Source of the DNA: Minisyncoccota bacterium | GTDB lineage: Bacteria > Patescibacteriota > Minisyncoccia > Minisyncoccales > JAGOPM01 | Length of the DNA stretch: 64,000 bases | Reading direction: 5' to 3' | NCBI GenBank assembly: GCA_041651395.1 | Contig: JBAZJI010000001.1 | Location: 891,920 to 955,919, forward strand | In this document: positions 24,506-32,288 of the stretch, piece after piece | Layout: each line of letters begins with the position of its first letter | Numbering within the stretch: the stretch's first letter is position 1 | Notes under the pieces: generated by a model | Database searches by the model: none | What the model saw: only the letters and a program-made list of their open reading frames with translations | Told to the model about the DNA's origin: nothing | Translations under genes and position numbers: made by a program

Positions 24506-25699
24506 ATGAAAATTGCCACTGATTTAAGCAAAATTGAGGAGTTACTGTCAAGGGGGGTGGAAGAATTGGTTGATGAAAAAAACCTTAAGGAAGCTCTTTT
24601 ATCTGGTAAGCAATTACGAGTGAAATTAGGTATTGATCCAACTGGTAAAAAAATCCACCTTGGCCGCGCCACTCAGTTATGGAAGTTAAAAGATTTCCAG
24701 GATTTAGGGCATAAAATTATTTTAATTATTGGTGATTTTACCGCTACCATCGGAGATGCTTCCGATAAGGAGGCGATGCGTAAAGTTTTAAGCAAGGAAG
24801 AGGTAGAGGAAAATATGGTGGGGTATTTAGAGCAGCTAGGAAAGATAATTAATCTAAGGGAGGCAGAGGTTCATTATAATAGTGAATGGCATGATAAGCT
24901 TTCCGTCCGGGAATTAATTTCTATTACCCAAAAATATACCGCCCAACAGATGATTCAGCGTCGGAATTTCAAAGAGCGTTGGGAACAAGAAAAGCCAATC
25001 GGTTTACATGAAATTTTTTATCCGATATTTCAAGGTTACGATTCGGTTGCTATTAAAGCCGATGTGGAGCTTGGTGGCCAGGATCAGCTTTTTAATTTGC
25101 AGGCTGGGAGATTTATACAGGAGCTTTATAAACAAAAACCCCAAAATATTATGATGTTAAAAATGATTTGGGGTTTAGATGGCCGTAAAATGTCGACTTC
25201 TTGGGGGAATGTTATTAATATTACCGACGAGCCTAATGATATGTTTGGCAAGATTATGTCTATGCGTGATGAATATATTATTGATTATTTTATCACCTGC
25301 ACCCGCTATCCCTTTGAAAAAATAAAGGTTCTAGAAGATGGTATAAAAAACGGCCAAAATCCCCGAGACACCAAAGCTTTATTGGCCCAAGAAATCGTTT
25401 CCTTGTATTATGGCCAAGAAACAGCTCTAAAGGCTTTGGGGGAGTTTGAAAATATATTCAAAAATAAAGAAATCCCCCAAGACATTCCTGAAGTGGAGGT
25501 CACTCAAAACAAGATTAATATTGTTGATTTGATTATTTTGGCTAAATTAGCCGAATCTAAACAAGAAGCCCGGCGGCTTATTGAACAAGGGGGGGTTAGA
25601 TTAAAATCCACCGTAATTGAAAATTATAAACAAGAGGTAGATGTTGTAGCTGGTGATATTTTACAGGTAGGAAAGCGTCGGTTTATAAAGATTAAATAA
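24506..25699 (+). CDS. tyrS: Tyrosine--tRNA ligase
   Basis: GIDPTGKKIHLGRA (HIGH-type), IIGDFTATIGDAS, KMSTS (KMSKS), and a C-terminal S4-like domain (ESKQEARRLIEQGGVRL). Confidence 0.9.
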   Translation: MKIATDLSKIEELLSRGVEELVDEKNLKEALLSGKQLRVKLGIDPTGKKIHLGRATQLWKLKDFQDLGHKIILIIGDFTATIGDASDKEAMRKVLSKEEVEENMVGYLEQLGKIINLREAEVHYNSEWHDKLSVRELISITQKYTAQQMIQRRNFKERWEQEKPIGLHEIFYPIFQGYDSVAIKADVELGGQDQLFNLQAGRFIQELYKQKPQNIMMLKMIWGLDGRKMSTSWGNVINITDEPNDMFGKIMSMRDEYIIDYFITCTRYPFEKIKVLEDGIKNGQNPRDTKALLAQEIVSLYYGQETALKALGEFENIFKNKEIPQDIPEVEVTQNKINIVDLIILAKLAESKQEARRLIEQGGVRLKSTVIENYKQEVDVVAGDILQVGKRRFIKIK

Positions 25700-25706
25700 C
25701 AAAAAA

Positions 25707-25734
25707 ACCATCCGGGTAGCCGGATGGTTTTTTT
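25707..25734. terminator. Bidirectional intrinsic terminator shared by tyrS and the acidic-protein gene
   Basis: aaaaaaaccatccgg-gtag-ccggatggttttttt. Confidence 0.85.
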
Positions 25735-25933
25735 ATATATCGTCGTCGTGGTCGTTACTACTCTCTTCTTCCTCTTCTTTTTCCTCTAATTCTTCAGAAC
25801 CCTCTCCCAGATCTTCCTCGATACCTAAATCCTCCCCATCTTCTTCTGAGCCATATTCCGTATCGTCATCTTCTTCGTTAGTCATATCCCCCCAGAAAGA
25901 GTATATTTTATTTTCTTCTTCTTGGAAAAACAT
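25733..25933 (-). CDS. Hyper-acidic 66-aa protein (32 of 66 residues are D/E)
   Basis: The ORF is bracketed by a consensus promoter and a strong terminator. Sequence: MFFQEEENKIYSFWGDMTNEEDDDTEYGSEEDGEDLGIEEDLGEGSEELEEKEEEEESSNDHDDDI. No family recognised. Confidence 0.55.
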   Translation of the reverse strand: MFFQEEENKIYSFWGDMTNEEDDDTEYGSEEDGEDLGIEEDLGEGSEELEEKEEEEESSNDHDDDI

Positions 25934-25984
25934 ATTTTTATGTATGCAAAAATATTATTTACTTATTTTTGTTATTCTTATGGG

Positions 25985-26012
25985 ATTATAGAAATTCTAA
26001 AAGCGCTGTCAA
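25985..26012 (-). promoter_or_regulatory. Consensus sigma70-type promoter TTGACA-16-TATAAT for the acidic-protein gene
   Basis: On the minus strand, TTGACA lies at 26012-26007 (overlapping the ruvC stop codon) and TATAAT at 25990-25985. Confidence 0.6.
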
Positions 26013-26521
26013 GTGTTTTTTAACAGTTTCTTAAGGTTGTAAGCATTAGCTAGGCAAATTGCGGCACATAAGGCATCAGCCGCGTCGTCGGGGGAGGGTA
26101 TAGATTTCAAGCCTAAAGCTAATTGGGCCATCCTTTGGATTTGTTTTTTATTAGCCCGTCCATAACCAGTTAGAGCCATTTTAACTTGGTTGGGGGTAAA
26201 TTCCTCGTAAGTAATATTATAATTAGCGCAAGCCAAAAGGGTCATACCTCGGGCTTGAGCTACCGTCATAGCGGTCTTGGCATTATTCTGAAAAAAAAGC
26301 TTTTCCACGGAGATAGCGTCTGGTTTATGTTTTTCGATTAAATAAACCAACCCTTCGTAAATTTCCTTCAAGCGTAAAGCGTGATCGGTTTTGGCTGAAG
26401 TTAAAATTACGCCACAATCAATGTAGCGTATTTTTTTAGTCGATTTTTTTGTTTGGGGTTCGAATTCTATTAAGCCAAATCCAGTCGTGGCGGTACCCGG
26501 GTCAATCCCAAGGATTAACAT
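26009..26521 (-). CDS. ruvC: Holliday junction resolvase RuvC
   Basis: MLILGIDPGTATTGFGLIE, GYGRANKKQIQ and DDAADALCAAIC are the catalytic acidic motifs. Confidence 0.93.
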   Translation of the reverse strand: MLILGIDPGTATTGFGLIEFEPQTKKSTKKIRYIDCGVILTSAKTDHALRLKEIYEGLVYLIEKHKPDAISVEKLFFQNNAKTAMTVAQARGMTLLACANYNITYEEFTPNQVKMALTGYGRANKKQIQRMAQLALGLKSIPSPDDAADALCAAICLANAYNLKKLLKNT

Positions 26522-26524
26522 ATT

Positions 26525-27244
26525 TTAGAAGTTGACATTAGTATAAAGCTCTTGAACATCGTCGTTATCATCAAGGGCTTCAAAAAGTTTTTCCAAAGAA
26601 GCTTGTTGTTCTGGAGTGATACTTTTTTCTTCGTTAGTAATCCAAATAATTGAAAATGATTTAACTTTTAATCCGCTAGCCTCTAAAGCCTTACGTACTG
26701 TATCGATGTTTTCCGGGGAGGTATAAATTGTCATGGAGTTTTCTCCAAATTCAATATCATCGGCTCCAGCCTCGATAGCGGTCATTTCCAATTCTTCCTT
26801 TTTGGTTAAATCCGCCTCTATTTCTATCATGCCCTTTTTAGAAAATTGCCATTTTAAGGCACCTTCACCAACCAATTTAGCGTCAAATTTAGTAGTAATC
26901 CTTTTTAATTCTCCCAGGGTGCGGTTTTTATTATCAGTAATACCTTCAATCAAAATGGCTGCCTCTCCAGGCCCAATCATTTCAAATAAAAATGATTCTA
27001 AAATCTCCGCCTCTTCACCGCCACTAATTTTCTTAATAATGCGCTCAATATTATCTTTAGGCATATTGTATTGGCGCGCCTTTTCTATCAACATCCGCAG
27101 CTTGGTATTATGGTCGGGGTTAGGCCCGCCTTCCCGGACAGCCACACTGACTTCTCGATTCAATTTAGAAAAAATCTTACCGCGTTTTGCGTCTTCTAAG
27201 CCTTTTTTATGTTTTACTGTTGCCCAATGGGAATGACCTGACAT
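26525..27244 (-). CDS. yebC: YebC/PmpR-family DNA-binding regulatory protein
   Basis: MSGHSHWATVKHKKG..AKRGKIFSKL signature. 239 aa. Confidence 0.92.
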   Translation of the reverse strand: MSGHSHWATVKHKKGLEDAKRGKIFSKLNREVSVAVREGGPNPDHNTKLRMLIEKARQYNMPKDNIERIIKKISGGEEAEILESFLFEMIGPGEAAILIEGITDNKNRTLGELKRITTKFDAKLVGEGALKWQFSKKGMIEIEADLTKKEELEMTAIEAGADDIEFGENSMTIYTSPENIDTVRKALEASGLKVKSFSIIWITNEEKSITPEQQASLEKLFEALDDNDDVQELYTNVNF

Positions 27245-27295
27245 GATATTAGTAAATAATTTTCAAAATAGTTATTACAAGAAAATCGATTTTTG

Positions 27296-28306
27296 TCAAA
27301 CTAAAGTTGAGCCGATTTTTTTCATTTTCAGGTAATCATAAGCTAAGTTCGTAACCTTTCTACCCCTGGCGGTTCTTTCTAAGAATCCTAATTGTAATAA
27401 ATAGGGTTCATAAATATCAATAATGCAATCCTCGTCCTCAATAGTGGCGGCGGCTAAAGTTTTTAAGCCAACCGGGCCACCATCAAAAGCCTTAATAATG
27501 GTGGTGAGGATTTTGCGATCCTCTGGTCCTAAGCCGCGCGAATCTATTTCCATAAAATCAAAAACTTCTTTTACAGTTTGCGGCTCAATAATATCCAGAT
27601 TGTTAACTTGGGCAAAATCCCGAACTCTTTTAAGCAAATGATTGGCAATCCTGGGGGTGGCCCGCGAGCTTTGGGCAATAAGTTGGGCAGCCTGAGCGGT
27701 AATAGTAATATTAAGTATTTGAGCGGACTTTAGAATTATTTCCGACAATTCTTGTTCTGCATAAGGGTTTAATTGAAAGGTAGCCCCAAATCTTGAGCGT
27801 AAAGGGGAGGAGAGGTTGGCAATACGGGTGGTGGCGGCAATAAGGGTAAATTTTGGGAGATTAATTTCCATATTTTGTGCCATTGGCCCGCTGCCTACTA
27901 TCAAATCAAGCTTGAAATCTTCCATAGCAGGATAGATTAATTCTTCGCAGATAGTATTAAGCCTATGGATTTCATCAATAAATAAAACATCCCCCTCGCT
28001 TAAATTGCTTAAAATACTAGCCAAATCTCCGCTTTTACGCAGTGCTGGCCCGGAAGTCACATGGATATTGACATCGCGTTGTTTTGCGATAATATAGGAG
28101 AGCGTAGTTTTACCTAGACCGGGATTGCCATAAAGGAGGATGTGGTCTAAAGCTTCAGATCTCTTCTTAGAGGCCCCTATCATTATTTGTAGGGTTTTTT
28201 TAACCTTTTCTTGGCCAATATAATCACTCCAATTTTTCGGTCTTAATTGGTTATCAAGAGCGGGGAGGGCTGATGTGTGGTTTTGGGTATTACTATTGAC
28301 AAACAT
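27296..28306 (-). CDS. ruvB: Holliday junction branch-migration helicase RuvB
   Basis: LRPKNWSDYIGQEKVK, Walker A LLYGNPGLGKTTL, Walker B VLFIDEIHRL, and TTRIANLSSPLRSRF. Confidence 0.96.
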   Translation of the reverse strand: MFVNSNTQNHTSALPALDNQLRPKNWSDYIGQEKVKKTLQIMIGASKKRSEALDHILLYGNPGLGKTTLSYIIAKQRDVNIHVTSGPALRKSGDLASILSNLSEGDVLFIDEIHRLNTICEELIYPAMEDFKLDLIVGSGPMAQNMEINLPKFTLIAATTRIANLSSPLRSRFGATFQLNPYAEQELSEIILKSAQILNITITAQAAQLIAQSSRATPRIANHLLKRVRDFAQVNNLDIIEPQTVKEVFDFMEIDSRGLGPEDRKILTTIIKAFDGGPVGLKTLAAATIEDEDCIIDIYEPYLLQLGFLERTARGRKVTNLAYDYLKMKKIGSTLV

Positions 28307-28324
28307 TATAATATAGGTTATAGT
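28296..28324 (+). promoter_or_regulatory. Candidate plus-strand promoter TTGACA-17-TATAGT (overlaps the first ruvB codons on the opposite strand)
   Basis: TTGACA at 28296-28301 and TATAGT at 28319-28324, with an exact 17-nt spacer. It points into the ruvB/pilB-like intergenic region. Confidence 0.4.
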
Positions 28325-28330
28325 ATGTCA

Positions 28331-28487
28331 GCAGCAAGAGAATTGCGGAAAGTGGCTCTTGAGCTGGGGAAATAGGGATTATTCTTAGAAATGGACGTTT
28401 TGGCTTCGGCTGGAGCGCTCCTCGGAATAATTTCGAACTTTGAGCTTCAAGCTAAAGTAAATCCCCCCAGCTCAAGGGCTGTTTTTT
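28331..28487 (+). ncRNA. Candidate structured small RNA (~155 nt), family unknown
   Basis: A 16-bp closing stem (28354-28369 / 28465-28480, with a perfect 12-bp core cttgagctgggg/ccccagctcaag) is followed by GTTTTTT. Inner helices lie at 28375-28384/28425-28434 and 28438-28457, with a C(UUCG)G hairpin at 28403-28410. The G-U pairs only work on the plus strand. Confidence 0.35.
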
Positions 28488-29784
28488 ATTGTCCCACAAC
28501 TCTTTGCACTTCCTCTAAGGAGGTTATACCCTCTATAACTTTTAAGATCCCGTCTTGGCGCATAGTTATTAAACCTTTATCTTGCGCCATTTTTTTAATT
28601 TTAATTGTAGAGTTTTCCTTGACGATATAATCCTTCATTTCATTATCCAAGAAAAACATTTCATAAAGTCCTATGCGGCCAATATATCCGGTGTTATTAC
28701 ACTTTGGGCAGCCCACAGGGTGGGGGAGTTTTAGCTCTTTGCTAAAATTTTTCGGTTCAATATTATGAGGTAATTCTTTAATCTCTTCTTTAAGTATATC
28801 GTATTCTTGGGTAGAGATTTTTTGTTTTTTGGCGCAAGCCGGGCAAATTTTTCGCGCTAAACGTTGAGCCACAACCAAATTAAGTGCCGGGGCGATATTT
28901 TGTGGCAAAGCCCCTAAAGCCATAAGACGATTAATAGCGCCAACGGAATCATTAGTGTGTAAAGTAGCTAAAACCAAATGCCCGGTCAGGGCAGCCTGGA
29001 TAGCCGTCTGGCAAGTTTCGTTGTCGCGGATTTCACCGACTAGGATAACATCAGGGTCTTGCCGAACAATGGCCTTCAAGCCTTCAGCAAAAGAATAACC
29101 TTTTTCCAAGTCTATTTGGGTTTGAGTAATATCCTCCAGGCGGTATTCGATTGGATCTTCAATAGTAATTATTTTGACCGTGGGGTCTTGGAGGCGTTTT
29201 AATATTGCATAAAGCGTGGTGGTTTTACCTGAGCCGGTCGGACCAGTGACTAAAATCAGCCCATTAGGCTGGGCAATGGCCTTTTCGAAATTTTTCAAAA
29301 TATCCGGGCGGATGCCTAAGTCAATTAAATCAAGAATATTTTCGGAGTTTAATATTCTAATAACAATTGAGTCGCCGTAATTAGAGGGGATAAGGGAGAC
29401 GCGGGCCTCAATCTGCTTTTTCCCGACACTTATAGCGAAGCGTCCATCCTGGGGTTTATTAGTTACGTTAAATTTAATACCGGAAAGAAGTTTGATGCGG
29501 GAATAAATAGTTTTGGCCACCTCTGGGTTTATTTGAGCTGCGTCTTGAAGTAGGCCATCTACTCGAAAGCGGATTTTTGAATCAGACTCTTCTGGCTCAA
29601 TATGGATATCGGAGACACGCAAGGCAATTGCCGTCGCCAAAAGCGAGGCCAGTAAGAGTGTGATATCATGGCCTTTTTCTGCTTCAAAAAAATTCTTAAA
29701 ATCACCAATACTACTAATAACAGAAGAGAGCCGGTTAAAATAATTCTCTTCTATAATAAACTCTTCGGTGATTTTTGAATTCAT
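28486..29784 (-). CDS. GspE/PilB-family secretion/type IV pilus assembly ATPase (short form)
   Basis: Walker A LVTGPTGSGKTTTLYA, ITIEDPIEY, Walker B ILVGEIRD, LTGHLVLATLHTN, and the tetracysteine cluster CPACAKK...CPKCNNTGYIGRIGLYE. Confidence 0.9.
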   Translation of the reverse strand: MNSKITEEFIIEENYFNRLSSVISSIGDFKNFFEAEKGHDITLLLASLLATAIALRVSDIHIEPEESDSKIRFRVDGLLQDAAQINPEVAKTIYSRIKLLSGIKFNVTNKPQDGRFAISVGKKQIEARVSLIPSNYGDSIVIRILNSENILDLIDLGIRPDILKNFEKAIAQPNGLILVTGPTGSGKTTTLYAILKRLQDPTVKIITIEDPIEYRLEDITQTQIDLEKGYSFAEGLKAIVRQDPDVILVGEIRDNETCQTAIQAALTGHLVLATLHTNDSVGAINRLMALGALPQNIAPALNLVVAQRLARKICPACAKKQKISTQEYDILKEEIKELPHNIEPKNFSKELKLPHPVGCPKCNNTGYIGRIGLYEMFFLDNEMKDYIVKENSTIKIKKMAQDKGLITMRQDGILKVIEGITSLEEVQRVVGQ

Positions 29785-30869
29785 AATATATTAGTGATTA
29801 TTGTTTTGGCTTGGTTTTCGTCTTTATTACTTATACTGCAAAGTAAAACATTTCCCTTAGTCTCTCCGCCCAAAATTCGCCACGCATTTTTGATTTTTTC
29901 CGGTTTTTGGAAGTAGAGAAGTATATCAAAGCTGTCTTTATTATTAGGTTTTTGCCACATTATGGCAAATCCCGGAAAATTGAACCTGGGATTTTGTTTG
30001 ATTAAGGTTGCCACCTCAGCCACATTTTTTACATTTGAGCCCGTTGCCAAAAAGTCTTCCGCACTTATGTAAAATAGAGGAATATTTGATTTTAGGTCAA
30101 TTTCCATGTTTTGCATTGCCCGAGTCACAAATCTTGTCCTCTGGTTGCGCTCCTCCGCTTGGGCTAAATCGGCAAAGGCTGGTTTTAAGGTTGGCTCTTC
30201 GTCTGGGCTGGGGGAATTTTTTTTCCCGGCTAAAAATTCCAATATCTCTAACAGCTTTTCTTGACTGCCGCCTTTTTGAGCAAAACAAACCGCACTCTCT
30301 TTTAAGAGATTAATAGCTTTTTCGTCGAGTAAAGTTTTATCTAAAAATGAAGCAATAATGATTTGGGCTAAAGGGTTATCTTTAAGAATGTTAACTTGCC
30401 CAAAGGTTTCTGCCTCTAAATTATTATTAATATTAATAATAGGTTTCTCGTAAAAAAGTTTGAAATTATCTTCGGCAAAATCCTCCAAAGTGGCTAAATT
30501 ATCAACCCCGATTGTGATTAATAAATCAAATTCCGGCGGTTGGATTTCATTTGCCAAGGAGATATCTTCGGGAGAAATAGAACCGTTTTTGTAATCAATA
30601 AAAATATTGAGCTTATCCCTGTCTTTTTCATAATATATCTGGGAAATGTCGCGTCCGCTGGTATTGATAGTCAGGTGCGCCTTGCATTCCGAGGATTCCA
30701 AGGGTGGTAGAATATTTTCTTTTACAATATTTGCATTCTTACCCATATTATTTAGAATATGGGCAAGCGCTAAGGCCGCATTAAAGCTTTCCGGCTCATT
30801 GGGGTTAGCCGGAACGATTAGGATAGTCTCTGAGCGCGAGATGAGGTTTTTTATCCTCTCCTCCTGCAT
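29781..30869 (-). CDS. Degenerate DHH-family (NrnA-like) protein with catalytic motifs substituted
   Basis: TILIVPANPNEPESFNAALALAHILNNMGK aligns by eye to the NrnA H-x-x-PDGDAxGS motif. PIININNNLEAETFG aligns to IDHHxxNxxFG (DHH replaced by NNN). ATGA overlap with the PilB-like gene. Confidence 0.45.
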   Translation of the reverse strand: MQEERIKNLISRSETILIVPANPNEPESFNAALALAHILNNMGKNANIVKENILPPLESSECKAHLTINTSGRDISQIYYEKDRDKLNIFIDYKNGSISPEDISLANEIQPPEFDLLITIGVDNLATLEDFAEDNFKLFYEKPIININNNLEAETFGQVNILKDNPLAQIIIASFLDKTLLDEKAINLLKESAVCFAQKGGSQEKLLEILEFLAGKKNSPSPDEEPTLKPAFADLAQAEERNQRTRFVTRAMQNMEIDLKSNIPLFYISAEDFLATGSNVKNVAEVATLIKQNPRFNFPGFAIMWQKPNNKDSFDILLYFQKPEKIKNAWRILGGETKGNVLLCSISNKDENQAKTIITNIL

Positions 30870-30885
30870 AAATCCCTGAAATTAT

Positions 30886-31365
30886 ATGGCAAAAAAGGCC
30901 AAAAGTCAATTAAAGAAAAAAAAGGAATTTTCTTCCAAATCTTTAGCTCAGACTAAAAAAATAGCTGAGCGGCTGTTAAGAGAGGTAATCCAAGATAAAC
31001 CAAAGGCTGGGGCGGCTTGTTTGGCTCTTTTTGGAGATTTGGGTAGCGGAAAAACTACTTTCGTTAAAAGCTTAGCTAAGAAATTGGGGGTAAAACAAAA
31101 TATAAACAGCCCGACTTTTGTAATTTTTCGAAAATATTTAATTCCCGCCAAAAGGGGTTTCTCCCATCTTTTCCATTTTGACTGCTATCGGTTAAAAACG
31201 GCCCAAGAGGCGGAAGCTTTGGGATTTTCCGAAATAATTTCTAATCCAAGTAATTTTGTGGTTTTGGAGTGGCCGGAGAATATCCAGTCATTATTGCCGC
31301 CCTCCTGCAAACAAGCTTTTTTTGAGTATATCGATCCCAAGACAAGAAAGATTACTATTCATTAA
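30886..31365 (+). CDS. tsaE: tRNA t6A37 biosynthesis ATPase TsaE
   Basis: LFGDLGSGKTTFVK, SPTFVI, HFDCYRL and VVLEWPE motifs. Confidence 0.9.
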   Translation: MAKKAKSQLKKKKEFSSKSLAQTKKIAERLLREVIQDKPKAGAACLALFGDLGSGKTTFVKSLAKKLGVKQNINSPTFVIFRKYLIPAKRGFSHLFHFDCYRLKTAQEAEALGFSEIISNPSNFVVLEWPENIQSLLPPSCKQAFFEYIDPKTRKITIH

Positions 31366-31366
31366 A

Positions 31367-32242
31367 ATGAAATCCGATCGCCTAATAATTTTAGATTCTA
31401 ATTCTTTGGTGCATAGAAGCTATCACGCTTTACCGCCTTTAACCTTGAGTAATGGGGAAGCGGTGCAGGCGGTTTATGGTTTTATGGCTATGTTTTTGAA
31501 GGCGATTAAGGATTTAGACCCGCAATACGTTTTGGCTTGCTTTGATGTGGCAGGTAAAAATTTTCGCCACGAGGCTTATCAAGAATATAAAGCGCACCGG
31601 GCCAAAGCACCAGACGATTTGTATTCCCAAATTCCTCACGTGCAAAAAATTTTGAAAGTGTTTGGCGTGCCCGTTCTGGGGGTCTCAGGTTTTGAGGCTG
31701 ATGATCTAATTGCCACACTCGCCGTGCAGGCGCAAGGGGAGGGGTGCGAAGTTTATATTGTCAGCGGGGACTTAGATAATACCCAATTAGTAAACGATAA
31801 AATAAAAGTTTACGGCTTGGGCGGTAAGGGCATTAAAGACACCCTAATTTATGATGCGTTAAAAGTTCGGGAGAGGTTTGGCGTTAATCCCGATCAAGTT
31901 ATTGATTATAAATCGATAGCCGGGGATGCTTCAGATAATATTCCCGGCGGTAAGGGCCTAGGACCCAAATTTGCTCAAGAGTTATTGGGGCAATATAAAG
32001 GCATTAAGGAAATATTCGCTTTGATTGAAAGTGGCGAGGCTTGGGATTTGAATCAAAAAACCAAAGATTTACTGCTCAAAAATAAAAATTTAATCGAGCT
32101 TTCTTATAAGTTGGCCGCTGCGCGGCTCGATGCGCCGGTTACCTTCAAAAAAGAAGATTGCATTTGGGGGAAATTTGAAAAAGCTAAAGTTGAAGCGATA
32201 TTTAAGGAGTATAAGTTTTTTAGCTTAATTAACAGGCTTTAA
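31367..32242 (+). CDS. Stand-alone 5'-3' exonuclease (PolI N-terminal / FEN-like PIN + H3TH domains)
   Basis: ATG at 31367 gives MKSDRLIILDSNSLVHRSYHAL. Also FDVAGKNFRHEAYQEYKAHR, GFEADDLIATLA, SGDLD and GDASDNIPGGKGLGPK. The track's upstream extension (31256) overlaps tsaE. Confidence 0.9.
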   Translation: MKSDRLIILDSNSLVHRSYHALPPLTLSNGEAVQAVYGFMAMFLKAIKDLDPQYVLACFDVAGKNFRHEAYQEYKAHRAKAPDDLYSQIPHVQKILKVFGVPVLGVSGFEADDLIATLAVQAQGEGCEVYIVSGDLDNTQLVNDKIKVYGLGGKGIKDTLIYDALKVRERFGVNPDQVIDYKSIAGDASDNIPGGKGLGPKFAQELLGQYKGIKEIFALIESGEAWDLNQKTKDLLLKNKNLIELSYKLAAARLDAPVTFKKEDCIWGKFEKAKVEAIFKEYKFFSLINRL

Positions 32243-32288
32243 TGGTGCCAAGGGCGACAACTTATGGTAAGATTTAATCGACCACACC

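Noticed and set aside
28354-28480. Interpreting the 16-bp inverted repeat flanking ~95 bp as a MITE or REP-type element.
   Set aside because: There is only one copy in the window and no target-site duplication at the flanks (..aagt| vs |gttt..). The internal sequence forms its own helices, so an sRNA or structured-UTR explanation is preferred. A genome-wide copy count could revive the MITE idea.
28391-28630. 79-aa plus-strand ORF starting in the ruvB/pilB-like spacer and running antisense into the ATPase gene.
   Set aside because: It has no motifs, and most of it overlaps the well-supported ATPase gene in antisense. The spacer is better explained as a structured RNA or regulatory region.
31256-31366. 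Upstream extensions of track ORFs: 31256 for the exonuclease, 37069 for holA, 42519 for the EF-like protein, 47132 for pyk, 56604 for B2, 16377 for the second pilin fusion, and 1363 and 10278.
   Set aside because: Each extension overlaps the preceding gene or encodes non-conserved residues. In every case an internal ATG lies just after the upstream stop and begins the conserved N-terminus or signal peptide, so starts were moved to 31367, 37099, 42549, 47195, 56658, 16407, 1381 and 10299.
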